A DNA stretch of 64,000 nucleotides from Candidatus Marinacidobacterium sp. (GCA_965204755.1 OZ242011.1:1888001-1952000), one strand, 5' to 3'; shown: positions 27,668 through 37,488, counted from the stretch's first letter. Notes: generated from the sequence alone by a model not told the origin. Numbers and translations: made by a program.

Positions 27668-29995
27668 TCAGCCGCCGCCCCCCTGCATCGCGCGCCAGAC
27701 CTTCTCCGGGGTCAGCGGCGTGTCCAAGTGCTCCACCCCGAAAGGCCGCAGCGCGTCCAGCACCGCGTTCGCCACCGCCGGGGTGGAGCCGATGGTCGCC
27801 GCCTCCCCGATCCCCTTCACCCCCAGCGGGTTCAGCGGGGAAGGGGTGACCGTCCGGCGCAACTCGTATTCCGGCAGCATGTCCGCCCGCGGCGCGGCGT
27901 ATTCCAACAGCGACCCCGTGACCAGGTTCCCCTCCGCGTCGTACGCCGCCTCCTCGTAGAGCGCCTGCGAGATCCCCTGCGCCAAACCCCCATGCACCTG
28001 GCCTTCCGCCAGCAGCGGGTTGATGACGCGGCCGCAGTCGTCCACCGAGAGATACCGGAGGATCGAAACCTGCCCGGTCGCCGGTTCGACTTCCACCGCG
28101 GCGAGGTGCGTCCCGAACGGGAAGGTCTCCCCCGGCGGACGGAAATCCGTGTCCGCCCGCAGCGCCTCCGCCGCGCCCTCCGGCGCGTCCGGCCCGTAGG
28201 CGAACGCCGCGACCTCTCCCCATCCGACCCCCCTCGCCGGCGAGCCCGCCACGAAGAACCGCCCGTCCTCGAACCGCAGGTCCTCCGCCGCGCACTCCAG
28301 CAACTGCGCCGCCAGTGACAGCGCCTGCCGCCGCACCGTCTCCGCGTTCGAGAACACCGCCGACCCCCCCACCGGCGCGCTCCGGCTCCCGAAAGTCCCG
28401 ATCCCCCGCGGGCACTCGTCGGTGTCCCCGTGGAGCACCCGCACCGACTCGTACGGCACTCCCAGCCGGTCGGCGGCGACCTGCGCCCACGCCGTCTCGT
28501 GCCCCTGCCCGTGCGGGGAAGTCCCGCTGCGGACGGTCACCGACGCGTCTTCCTCCACGGTGACCCCGCCGGCCTCCCACGGGCCGAACCCGCAGATCTC
28601 CACATAGCAGGCGAGCCCCACGCCCAGCGGGCGGCCCCCGTCCGCCCGGCGCCGCGCCTGCTCCGACCGCAGCGCCGCGTAATCCCCGGCCTCGAGCGCC
28701 AGGTCGAGCGCCTTCTCGTACTCCCCGCTGTCGTAGGTGAGCCCCGTCGGCGTGCGGTACGGGAACCGGTCCGCCGGAACCAGGTTGCGCCGGCGGATCT
28801 CCGCCGGATCGATCCCCAGCCGCCCGGCGAGCACATCCATCGCCCGCTCGATCAGGTAGGTCGCCTCCGGCCGCCCGGAACCCCGGTAGGGCTCGTTCGG
28901 CGCCGTGTTGGTGAACGCCCCCTCCGCCCGCGCCCCCGCCGCCGGGAAGGCGTACGGCCCCACGATCATCGAGCCGGTGAGCGACGGCGTCGTCGGCCCC
29001 GGCCGGCTGTAGTAGGCGCCGCAGTCGTAGAGCGCGTCCAGGTCGGCGCGCGACACCCGCCCGTCCTCCCCGGCGTCCAGCGTCAGCCGCGCGAACAGGT
29101 TGCGCCCGTGGGTCGTCGTGAGGAAGTCCTCGCTGCGCGTGGCGACCCAGCGCACCGGCCGGCCCAGCCGCCGCGCCAGCCAGCAGACCAGCACCTCCTC
29201 CGGGTAGAGGTTCGCCTTCGCCCCGAACCCGCCGCCGACTTCCGGAGCGATCGCCCGCACCTGCTCCGGCGCGACGCCGAGGATCTTCGCCACGCTGTCC
29301 CGCACCCGGTGCGGCGACTGGGTGGAGGTCCAGATCGTGAACCGCCCCTCGTCGTACCGCGCCGCCGCCGCGCGCGGCTCCATCGCGCAGGGGATCAGCC
29401 GCTGGATGCGGAAGTCGAGCGCCACCCGCGCCGCCGCCTCGGCGCCGCCGCCGTCCGCGCCGGCCCCCTCGTCGTCGTCCAGCGACCAGACGAACGCCCG
29501 GTTCCCCTCGGCCTCCTCGTAGAGCGGCTCCGCCCCCGGCGCCCGCGCCGTCCGCGAGTCCCCGGCCCCGGGCAGGTCCCGGTAGTCCACCACCACCGCC
29601 TCGGCGGCGTCGGCGGCCTGTTCCGGCGTCTCCGCGACCACCGCCGCCACCGGGTCGCCCACGCAGCGCGCCCGGTCCTCCGCCAGCGGCCAGCGGTCGG
29701 GGATCTTCAGGTCGCGGAACGCCCCGGCGTCCGGCGACTTCGCCACCGGGAACGGGCGCTCCAGGTCGGAGAGCACCTCCCGCCCCCAGAAGACGCCGCG
29801 CACCCCGGGGGCCTTCCGGGCCTCGGAGGCGTCCACCCGCAGGATCTCGGCGTGGGCGTACGGGCTCCGCGCCAGCGCCAGGAACAGCGCGTTCGGGAGC
29901 GCGATGTCCGCGGTGTAGGCGGCCTTCCCGGTGACCAGCGCCGGGTCTTCGCGCCGGCGAACCCGCTCACCGATGCTCCGGGTGTTGACCGCCAC
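27668..29995 (-). CDS. Xanthine dehydrogenase family molybdopterin-binding large subunit (CoxL form-II-like)
   Basis: RREDPALVTG, VGGGFGAK, PYRGSGRPE, HGQGHET, GTFGSRS and GVKGIGE. Confidence 0.92.
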   Translation of the reverse strand: MAVNTRSIGERVRRREDPALVTGKAAYTADIALPNALFLALARSPYAHAEILRVDASEARKAPGVRGVFWGREVLSDLERPFPVAKSPDAGAFRDLKIPDRWPLAEDRARCVGDPVAAVVAETPEQAADAAEAVVVDYRDLPGAGDSRTARAPGAEPLYEEAEGNRAFVWSLDDDEGAGADGGGAEAAARVALDFRIQRLIPCAMEPRAAAARYDEGRFTIWTSTQSPHRVRDSVAKILGVAPEQVRAIAPEVGGGFGAKANLYPEEVLVCWLARRLGRPVRWVATRSEDFLTTTHGRNLFARLTLDAGEDGRVSRADLDALYDCGAYYSRPGPTTPSLTGSMIVGPYAFPAAGARAEGAFTNTAPNEPYRGSGRPEATYLIERAMDVLAGRLGIDPAEIRRRNLVPADRFPYRTPTGLTYDSGEYEKALDLALEAGDYAALRSEQARRRADGGRPLGVGLACYVEICGFGPWEAGGVTVEEDASVTVRSGTSPHGQGHETAWAQVAADRLGVPYESVRVLHGDTDECPRGIGTFGSRSAPVGGSAVFSNAETVRRQALSLAAQLLECAAEDLRFEDGRFFVAGSPARGVGWGEVAAFAYGPDAPEGAAEALRADTDFRPPGETFPFGTHLAAVEVEPATGQVSILRYLSVDDCGRVINPLLAEGQVHGGLAQGISQALYEEAAYDAEGNLVTGSLLEYAAPRADMLPEYELRRTVTPSPLNPLGVKGIGEAATIGSTPAVANAVLDALRPFGVEHLDTPLTPEKVWRAMQGGGG

Positions 29996-30128
29996 GAGTG
30001 TTCGTTCTTGCTCGGGGGTCTTCGGTCGTTTCGCGCTTCGTCGTAAGGGGCGGGCGATTCTACCGATGCCCGCCGGCGCCGCGCCCCTCCGTTCGTGATA
30101 CAACGAAGGCTCGCTCCCGGAGGCGTCC

Positions 30129-31295
30129 ATGTCCAAGAACCTGCCCGAGAAGGGTCCCCGCCCGGCGTCGAGGCGCCGCTTCCTCGCCGGCGCCGGCGCC
30201 GGTCTCGCCGGCGCGGCCGCCGCGCCGCTGGCCGGCGCCGCCCCGGCGGTCCACACCCAGTCCCGATCCCGCATCCGCTGGCGGCTGCAGACCTACGCCG
30301 GCGCCTCGCTCGCCGAGGAAGTCATCGTCCCGGCCGTCCGCTCGTTCAACCGGATCGCCAACGGCGAGATGGAGATCTCCCTCCACACCGCCGACGAACT
30401 CGTCCCCCAGTCGGACCTGTTCAGCGCCGTCAAGTCCGGGCTCGTGGACGCCGCGCAGTCCGACGACGACTCGATGGGCTCGCCCGCCGATGTCTCCGTC
30501 TTCGGGGGCTACTTCCCCTTCGCCACCCGCTACAGCCTCGACCTGCCGGCGCTGTTCCACGACTACGGCCTCGCCGAGATCTGGCGCGAGGCCTACGCGG
30601 AGCAGGGCGTGGTCTGGATCAGCGCCGGCGCGTGGGACCCCTGCCACTTCCTCACCGTGGAGCCGATCCACCGGGTCGCCGACCTCCGCGGCAAGCGCAT
30701 CTTCACCTTCCCCACCGCCGGCCGCTTCCTCTCCCGGTTCGGCGTGCTCCCGGTAACGCTGCCCTGGGAGCAGGTCGCCGGCGCCATCTCCGGCGGCGAC
30801 CTCGACGGGATGGCCTGGTGCGGCATCACCGAGGCCTACACCGTCGGCTGGGCGGAAGTCACGAACTACTTCCTCACGAACAACATCTCCGGCGCCTGGT
30901 GCGGGTCGTTCTTCGCGAACGCCGCCTCCTGGCAGTCGCTGCCGTCGCACCTCCGCCAGTTGTTCCGCTCCGTCACCGACGCGTCCCACTACCGCCGGCA
31001 GCACTGGTATTGGGCCGGCGAGGCGCGGCTGCGCACCGAGGGGACCGAACTCGAACTCACCACGATTCCCGACGCGGAATGGCGCGAAGTCGAAGACGAA
31101 GCGCACCGCTTCTGGGACGAGATCGCCTGCACCACCTGGCGCCGGTTGCAGGTGGTGTATCTGCTCAAGCAGTACGAGCAGACGATGGCCCGCGCCGGCC
31201 GCCCGTACCGCTACGGGGACGCCGCCGCTTCCGGCGATTCCTCCGTCACCGATCCCTTCGCCGCCTGCCGCGCCCCCGCCGGGGGAGTCGGCTGA
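30129..31295 (+). CDS. TRAP transporter substrate-binding protein (DctP/TakP-like), Tat-exported
   Basis: RRRFL Tat motif; WRLQTY; ELVPQSDLFSAVKSG; DLRGKRI. Confidence 0.85.
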   Translation: MSKNLPEKGPRPASRRRFLAGAGAGLAGAAAAPLAGAAPAVHTQSRSRIRWRLQTYAGASLAEEVIVPAVRSFNRIANGEMEISLHTADELVPQSDLFSAVKSGLVDAAQSDDDSMGSPADVSVFGGYFPFATRYSLDLPALFHDYGLAEIWREAYAEQGVVWISAGAWDPCHFLTVEPIHRVADLRGKRIFTFPTAGRFLSRFGVLPVTLPWEQVAGAISGGDLDGMAWCGITEAYTVGWAEVTNYFLTNNISGAWCGSFFANAASWQSLPSHLRQLFRSVTDASHYRRQHWYWAGEARLRTEGTELELTTIPDAEWREVEDEAHRFWDEIACTTWRRLQVVYLLKQYEQTMARAGRPYRYGDAAASGDSSVTDPFAACRAPAGGVG

Positions 31296-31322
31296 GCGCC
31301 CGTCACGCAAGCGAGACCCGCC

Positions 31323-33038
31323 ATGACCCGACCCTCTCCCTCCCGCCCCTCCCGCCGCCGGTTCCTGCAGGGCGCCGCCGGCGCGGTCGCCGCGACCGCC
31401 GCCGCGCCGCTCGCCCGCCCGGGTTCCGCCGAGGCCGCCCCCGACGCCGCCGAACGGAAGCGGCTGGTGGCGCAAGCCCACTTCGGGCGCAAGCCGCCGG
31501 CGTCCGGCCCCGGCGGCATGGCGATCACCTCGCACCCCCTCGCCACCCGCGAAGCGGTGGAAGTGCTGCAGCGCGGCGGGAACGCCTGCGACGCGGCGCT
31601 CGCCGCCTCGATCACCCAGACCGTGGTCGAACCCCACATGACCACGATCACCGGCTGCCTCTCGCAGTTGTACTTCGACGCCGCCAGCGGCGAGACCACC
31701 TATGTGAACGGCAATGTGGACACGCCGCTCGCGCCGCTGCCCGGTTTCGGCGTCCACGACCTCGCCGGCGGCCGCGGCGTCGCCGTCCCCGGCTGGTGGG
31801 GCGGGTTCGAAGCGGCGCACGACCGCCACGGCTCGCTCCCGCGCCAGGACCTGATGAAGACCGCCGTCGCCTACGCGCGGGAGGGTTTCGAGATGCACCC
31901 CTTCCTCTGGGGCGAAATCTTCGTCCAGGCGGAGAAGGTCGGCCGCACTGCGGAAGGCCGCGAGATCTTCTTCGAAGACGGCGCCATACCCCGGCCCGAC
32001 GGCCTGCTGGTGCAGGAGCGCGCCGCCGACACCTTGGAGCGCCTCGCCGAAGAAGGCGGCGACTACTTCTACCGCGGCGACTTCGCCCGGAAGGTCTGCG
32101 AAGTGGTGAAGGCCGCCGGCGGCGTGCTCACGCCCGACGACTTCGCCCGTTGGGAACCGCGCTGGCAGGAACCGGCGTGGGGCCGCTACCGCGACTGGCG
32201 CATCGCCGGTTCCCCGCCGCCGGACAACGGCGGCACGCACCTCATCGAGATGCTCCAGATGCTCGAGCACTTCGACCTCGACCACCACGGCCCGCCCACC
32301 GAGTCCGCCGAGTCCCTGCTGCAGTTGGTGCGCATCAGCCACGCCGTGTACACGGAAGGCGCCCGGCAGAACGACCCGGAGACCCACCCGCTGCCGCTCG
32401 AGACGATCCTCTCGCCGGAGTACGCGCGGATGCGATACGAGTTGCTGCAGATGGGGCACCCGGTAACCGACCCGGCCGACCCGCCGCCCCCCGCCGGCAG
32501 CAACCATGTGACCGTGGTGGACGCCGCCGGCAATGTGGCGACGATCCTCCATTCCTGCATGTCCTACCCGTGGAGCAACGGCCTCTTCGCCGAGGGCGTG
32601 AGCATCTGCGCCGCCGGAGCGCACTTCCTGCGCGTGATGCCGCGCCCCGGCCAGCGGATCTCGGCGTATGTCGCGCCGAACATCGTCTTCCGGGGCGACC
32701 GCCCGGTGCTGGCGTCCGGCTCGCCGAGCGTCAGCCTGCTGCAGAACATCCTCCAGAACAGCCTGAACCTGCTGCAGTTCGGTGAGGAGGTGGAGGAGTC
32801 GGTGCACCGCCCGCGCTTCGGCGGCCCGTCGCTCACCGTTCCCGGAGCGGTCCTGATCGAGGCCGACTTCCCGGAGGCGGTGCGCGAGAAGGTCGCGGAG
32901 CGGGGAATCCGCTTCGATGTGGTGAATCCCTGGAACTGGCACCACGGCTCGTTCGAGGGCATCCACCTCGGCGAAGACGGCGAGCGCCGCGCCTGCGGCG
33001 ACCCGCGCCGGTGCAGCATGGCGGAGGCCTCCGCGTAG
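31323..33038 (+). CDS. Gamma-glutamyltransferase (Ntn-hydrolase) family, Tat-exported
   Basis: GGNACDAA, VAVPG, DYFYRG, PPPDNGG, (S)NHVTVVDAAGN and C-terminal DPRR. Confidence 0.88.
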   Translation: MTRPSPSRPSRRRFLQGAAGAVAATAAAPLARPGSAEAAPDAAERKRLVAQAHFGRKPPASGPGGMAITSHPLATREAVEVLQRGGNACDAALAASITQTVVEPHMTTITGCLSQLYFDAASGETTYVNGNVDTPLAPLPGFGVHDLAGGRGVAVPGWWGGFEAAHDRHGSLPRQDLMKTAVAYAREGFEMHPFLWGEIFVQAEKVGRTAEGREIFFEDGAIPRPDGLLVQERAADTLERLAEEGGDYFYRGDFARKVCEVVKAAGGVLTPDDFARWEPRWQEPAWGRYRDWRIAGSPPPDNGGTHLIEMLQMLEHFDLDHHGPPTESAESLLQLVRISHAVYTEGARQNDPETHPLPLETILSPEYARMRYELLQMGHPVTDPADPPPPAGSNHVTVVDAAGNVATILHSCMSYPWSNGLFAEGVSICAAGAHFLRVMPRPGQRISAYVAPNIVFRGDRPVLASGSPSVSLLQNILQNSLNLLQFGEEVEESVHRPRFGGPSLTVPGAVLIEADFPEAVREKVAERGIRFDVVNPWNWHHGSFEGIHLGEDGERRACGDPRRCSMAEASA

Positions 33039-34339
33039 TGGCCCGCCGCTCCGTTTCGTTCGCGCCCCGCCGTTTCCCGGCGTTCGGGCTCCCGGTCGTC
33101 GCCGGTCTCCTGTTCGCCGGCGTTCTGCCGGCAGCGGCCCAGGACACCCTGCTCCGTTGCGGAGCGGTCTTCGACGGCGAAACCCTTTCCGGCGCCGCCG
33201 AGATCCGCGTGAGCGGCGACCGCATCGCCGGCCTCGAAGGCGGCGCCGCGGAAGAAGTCGTGGACCTCGGCGATTACACCTGCCTCCCCGGCCTCATCGA
33301 CCTCCACGCCCACCTCACGATCAACCCGGAGACGCTCACCGCCCTCGACCTCTACCGCTCGAGCGCGGCCCGGACGCTCGACGCCCTGAAGAACGCGCAG
33401 GCGATGCTCGGCGCCGGCTTCACCACGCTGCGGTCACCGGGCGAGTTCGACGGCTACTACGGGATCGTGGACCTGAAACGCGCCATCGCCCGCGGCGACC
33501 ACGAAGGGCCGCGCCTGCTGGTCGCGCCGCACGCGATCTCCGCCACCGGCGGACACGGCGACTTCAACAACCTGATGGCGGACCTCCACATCGAAACCCC
33601 GACGCGCATCGCCGACGGCCCGGAGCAACTCCGCGCCGAGATCCGCCGCGAGTTCAAGTACGGCGCCGACTGGATCAAGTTGATGATGACCGGCGGCGTG
33701 ATGTCCGCCGGCGACGACCCGAATGTCAGCACCTACACCGAAGAAGAGATCCGCGCCGCCGTCGAGGAAACCCACCGCCACGGCAAACGGATCACCGTGC
33801 ACGCCCACGGCGCTCCGGGAATCGTCATGGCCCTCCGCGCCGGAGTGGATTCGGTGGAGCACGCCACCCTGGTGGACGAAGAAGGCGCCGCCCTCTTCCG
33901 CGAACGCGGCGTCCCGATGGTGCCCACGCTCTATGTCATGAACTACATCGTCGAAGAGGGCGAAGCCATCGGCTTCCCCCGCGAGAGCATCGAGAAGGCG
34001 CGCGCCCTGATGGAAGAACGCAACCGCCGCATCGGCGCCGCCTTCGCCTCCGGCGTCCCCGTCGCCTTCGGCTCCGACACGATCTTCCCCCACGAAACCG
34101 CCGCCCGCGAGTTCGCGGTCATGGTCGGCCTCGGCCTCTCCCCGGAAAACGCCCTCCGCTCCGCCACCACCGTCGCCGCCCGCGCCCTCGGCCTCGAAGC
34201 CGAAATCGGCCGCCTCGCCCCCGGCTACACCGCCGACCTCATCGCCGTCGCCGACAACCCGTTGGAGGACATCCGCACGATGGAGAATGTCCTCTTCGTA
34301 ATGCGCTCCGGCCGCATCGTGAAACTTCCGGCCTCGTGA
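33038..34339 (+). CDS. Metal-dependent amidohydrolase (Xaa-Pro dipeptidase-like)
   Basis: LPGLIDLHAH, ISATGGHGD, GADWIK, HAHG, SVEHA, FGSD and ADLIAV.NPLEDI. Confidence 0.9.
   Translation: MARRSVSFAPRRFPAFGLPVVAGLLFAGVLPAAAQDTLLRCGAVFDGETLSGAAEIRVSGDRIAGLEGGAAEEVVDLGDYTCLPGLIDLHAHLTINPETLTALDLYRSSAARTLDALKNAQAMLGAGFTTLRSPGEFDGYYGIVDLKRAIARGDHEGPRLLVAPHAISATGGHGDFNNLMADLHIETPTRIADGPEQLRAEIRREFKYGADWIKLMMTGGVMSAGDDPNVSTYTEEEIRAAVEETHRHGKRITVHAHGAPGIVMALRAGVDSVEHATLVDEEGAALFRERGVPMVPTLYVMNYIVEEGEAIGFPRESIEKARALMEERNRRIGAAFASGVPVAFGSDTIFPHETAAREFAVMVGLGLSPENALRSATTVAARALGLEAEIGRLAPGYTADLIAVADNPLEDIRTMENVLFVMRSGRIVKLPAS
34031..34323 (+). repeat. 293-bp direct repeat, copy 1 (3' end of amidohydrolase gene)
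   Basis: Matches 38091..38383, offset 4060, about 14 mismatches by eye, no indels. Confidence 0.95.
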
Positions 34340-34427
34340 CAGCGATCCGCAAGCGCTCCGGGTTGGAAGGAAGGCCGGCGCAGCGCCCATGGTCTCTCTC
34401 ATCCGCGCCCGCTGAGGATCCCCAATC

Positions 34428-35408
34428 GTGACTTCGGAATCGCCACTCTCCACCCTGCGGAAAACGAGTGAGAAAATCGCGCGAGACTTCGTGGATCGCC
34501 CGATCGTCTTTCGCGGATACCTCAGCCAAGTGCTCTCTCCCGCTCTGACCGACATACTCGGCCCTGTCAAGGAACAGATCCTCAAGGACTTCCACCGCCC
34601 CGAAGCGACGACTTCCATCACGCACTACACGAGCCTCGCCGCGCTCTTGTCGCTCATCGAGGGCTCGCCGAAGACCGCGAAAGCGAATTCGTTGCGCCTG
34701 TTGCCCACCTATCGCTTCAACGATCCCACGGAGGGGGCGTACTTGCCTCGGGAGATCGCGCGTGTTACTGATCATGACTGGCTCGAGGCCGATGTTGCTC
34801 CGCTCGCTTTCGCTGCCTGTTTCGTAAGTAACGGCAACGAGAACGCCGGTGATGATCTCGTGTACTGGCGCAGTTACGGCAGTGACGGGGAGGGTTGCTC
34901 GATTACTTGGAAGCCGGAGGGTTTGACGAACCTCTATGCCGTCGCGTATTCGGACGGTGTGGAACGCGTCACGAAGCGACTCGAACCGATCCTCGCGGCC
35001 CTCCAGCCCGCGCTCCATGCTCCGGATCCCACCTGCAGCCGTGAGGCGCGACGCGTCCTCGGTCGAACCTTCTGGAAATCACTGACGGAACTCCGCTATC
35101 TCTACAAGAGCGACGCCTATCGGCACGAGCGCGAGTCTCGAGTTCTGATTACGGAGGGAGGCAAGTCCTTCCAGCCGGACCGTGTGGTCTTCGTGCGCAA
35201 GGATGAGCCGGACGGCTATCCCGATCTCTGCCGGTATTATGTCGATCCTTCCCTATCGGCAGAGCGCATCTTCCGTCCCGGAACCCGAATCACCTTGGGC
35301 CCCCAAGTCCGACACGCGCCGGACGCCAAGGCCTACATCGAAAACCGACTCAAGACTCCACTTCTGGCTGAGGTCAGGGTGTCCTCCGTCCCGTACCGAA
35401 CCACTTAG
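34428..35408 (+). CDS. DUF2971-like protein
   Basis: HYTS...FNDPTEG...ACF...DDLVYWRSYG...YKSDAYRHERESR...ITLGP pattern. Confidence 0.75.
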   Translation: MTSESPLSTLRKTSEKIARDFVDRPIVFRGYLSQVLSPALTDILGPVKEQILKDFHRPEATTSITHYTSLAALLSLIEGSPKTAKANSLRLLPTYRFNDPTEGAYLPREIARVTDHDWLEADVAPLAFAACFVSNGNENAGDDLVYWRSYGSDGEGCSITWKPEGLTNLYAVAYSDGVERVTKRLEPILAALQPALHAPDPTCSREARRVLGRTFWKSLTELRYLYKSDAYRHERESRVLITEGGKSFQPDRVVFVRKDEPDGYPDLCRYYVDPSLSAERIFRPGTRITLGPQVRHAPDAKAYIENRLKTPLLAEVRVSSVPYRTT

Positions 35409-36834
35409 CGAGAGGTCGGATAAGGTTGTCAAAGGACGAGCGCGGCGGTTCGGTCGAGGTGACATAGTGCGGTATTTCACTGTCGCCTCGCGCTCTTCGA
35501 CGACGAAAGGAACAGTGTTCGTGGCAGTCGCCCTTCATAACCCGGGTTTCTCCCGTCACGAACTGGTGTTCCTGCCAGGTCGCATCCGGCCACCAGTCCG
35601 GCGCCAGCAGGTAGCGAAGCCATAGATTGACCTGCATTCCGGCTACTCCGAGGGCGAAGGGAAAGACATTCTCGTTCCGCTTCGACTCCGCGGGGAGGTT
35701 GCGGATGTAAGTGGGGGCGTCCAGCGAACCGTCGAGTTCGGCGACGACCATCCCCGAAGAATATTGCTCGCTGCACCTCAGGCATTGGTGGTGCGGAGTC
35801 ACGATCTGCGTGCGCCAATGGGCCGAGAACAGGCGATCTCGCTTGGGGTCCGTAGCAACGGCCACGCCGCCGTCCACGACGGGGATCAGGTGGGCATTGG
35901 CGATGTAGTTCAACACATCCCGCGCTATGGGACGGTCCACGCAACTGAACAGCACATCGCAGTCCAAGGCGGCGAGGTATCCACGCTTTCGATGTACGGA
36001 CACCGGCAACCGTTCGATTTCGACCTTGGCAGCCGTGGCGTGCCTCCGGAGCCGACGCGCGGCGACATCCACCTTGGCGCGGCCGATGTCGCTCGCCGTC
36101 GCGTGGAGGAGCCGGTCGAGGTTGTGCTCTTCGACGCGGTCCGGGTCGATCAGCGTGATTTTCGCCACCCCGATACGGGCGACGGACTCGGCCACGATCG
36201 AACCGACGCTTCCTGCTCCGATCACACCGACACGCAGTCGAGCGATGGTGTTCTGGACATCGTGGCCCCAAGTATCGAAGGTCCGCCGCAAGAGGTTGCG
36301 ACGACGCGGCGGGGGGAAGGAACGGTCGTTGAAGTAGTAGCGGCACGCTCCTCGGGAGAGGATACGCACCTTGCTGCACCAATTCCGGCGCATGACCGCG
36401 CCATCGCGTTCCCAGAAGCGCGCGCTCCAGTAGCCATCGGCGCCGATCGTCAGGCCCACGAGCGGCAACTTGGTGGCATGGGCGGGGTAGGCGATCACAT
36501 CCCGCTCCGCGACGGTGTCGGCTGGGCTCAGGTCCTGCCATCCGTCGGTCGGATGACTATGCATGAAGGCGAGCCCCATGCCGCGCTGCTGCGCTGTCAG
36601 GAGGGCTCGCGCGAGATAGGCGGGTGTGAAACTCACATTTCCGTGGAGTCGGCGCTCCCCGGAGCGCGGGAGCAGGACCTCGGAGATCAACGCCGTGCGG
36701 CGTACGGCGCCGGTAGCCGGCCGCCACATGGCGAAGCACAGGTCTTCCTGCGCTTCGTCCTTCCGCAGGTGCTGGAGGAGATGGGAGGCGGCCGCCTCGT
36801 CCGCCTCGGCAGTGAGGGCGGCGTCGAAGATCAC
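35374..36834 (-). CDS. JAB peptidase + ThiF/E1 adenylase fusion (BubCD-like)
   Basis: JAB: QEDL...HSHPTDGWQDLSPAD. E1: GAGSVGS, DPDRVEEHNLDRL, K, CVD, CLRC and CHEHC. GTG start overlaps E2 stop. Confidence 0.88.
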   Translation of the reverse strand: MIFDAALTAEADEAAASHLLQHLRKDEAQEDLCFAMWRPATGAVRRTALISEVLLPRSGERRLHGNVSFTPAYLARALLTAQQRGMGLAFMHSHPTDGWQDLSPADTVAERDVIAYPAHATKLPLVGLTIGADGYWSARFWERDGAVMRRNWCSKVRILSRGACRYYFNDRSFPPPRRRNLLRRTFDTWGHDVQNTIARLRVGVIGAGSVGSIVAESVARIGVAKITLIDPDRVEEHNLDRLLHATASDIGRAKVDVAARRLRRHATAAKVEIERLPVSVHRKRGYLAALDCDVLFSCVDRPIARDVLNYIANAHLIPVVDGGVAVATDPKRDRLFSAHWRTQIVTPHHQCLRCSEQYSSGMVVAELDGSLDAPTYIRNLPAESKRNENVFPFALGVAGMQVNLWLRYLLAPDWWPDATWQEHQFVTGETRVMKGDCHEHCSFRRRRARGDSEIPHYVTSTEPPRSSFDNLIRPLAKWFGTGRRTP

Positions 36835-37223
36835 ATGGCCGCCCAGAGGCGCCGCAGGTGTTCCTTGAAGAAGAGGCTCATGTGCTTGGTGGGGAAGCGG
36901 TCCCACGACGGGCCGGGCGGGCGGCTCATCGCGATCCAGTCGCGGTTCTCGGGATCGGTGTACTTCTGGGTCACGCCTCCCCGTCCGTCGTCCATGGGCG
37001 GGGAGATGTGGACCCAGTGCGGAGGGTATTCGGGATAACCCTCGCTGCCCTGCATGCTCACTCCGATGCGCACCCGGCGACCTTGGTGGGAGCCGGTTGG
37101 GACTTCGTAGTCGAACGATACGACCTCGCCGTGGGGGCTCGCGGAAACCGCGGTCGCGTAGCCGAGCGCCTCGATTTCCTGCCGGATCCGATGGAGGCTG
37201 TAGGACTGAAGACCGTCGGGCAT
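36831..37223 (-). CDS. Prokaryotic E2-like protein (Cys-free, WxxxSR type; BubB-like)
   Basis: YEVPTG, YPEYPPHW and WIAMSRP; located between Ubl and E1; no Cys in sequence. Confidence 0.72.
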   Translation of the reverse strand: MPDGLQSYSLHRIRQEIEALGYATAVSASPHGEVVSFDYEVPTGSHQGRRVRIGVSMQGSEGYPEYPPHWVHISPPMDDGRGGVTQKYTDPENRDWIAMSRPPGPSWDRFPTKHMSLFFKEHLRRLWAAM

Positions 37224-37236
37224 TCTCTTCGTGGGA

Positions 37237-37488
37237 TCAGGCTACGGGAGTGGCCCCGATCGGAATCGTCAGGAAGTGGGAGTCTTCTCTCAGGTCCACG
37301 GTCTCGTCCCAACCGTATCGGCGTTTGTCGCCCTGGAGCCGGTACTGGTCCGGCGGCTCCGGCATCGCGTGGTGTTTTTCGGCCAGTTCGAGGATGTCGT
37401 GAGCGACCGGAGTCGGCGTGCGCATCGTCATTTCGATGCCGTTCACCTTGAGAGTGAACTCTTCGCCGGTAGTCGAGGTAGCGCCCAT
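37237..37488 (-). CDS. Ubiquitin-like (multiubiquitin-type beta-grasp) protein
   Basis: FTLKVNG...DILELA...YRL...DETVDL...FLT pattern; first gene of Ubl-E2-E1 operon; ends TPVA. Confidence 0.78.
   Translation of the reverse strand: MGATSTTGEEFTLKVNGIEMTMRTPTPVAHDILELAEKHHAMPEPPDQYRLQGDKRRYGWDETVDLREDSHFLTIPIGATPVA

Noticed and set aside
27668-29995. True aerobic CO dehydrogenase (form I CoxL)
   Set aside because: The active-site loop is PYRGSGR, not AYRCSFR, and no cox accessory genes are present.
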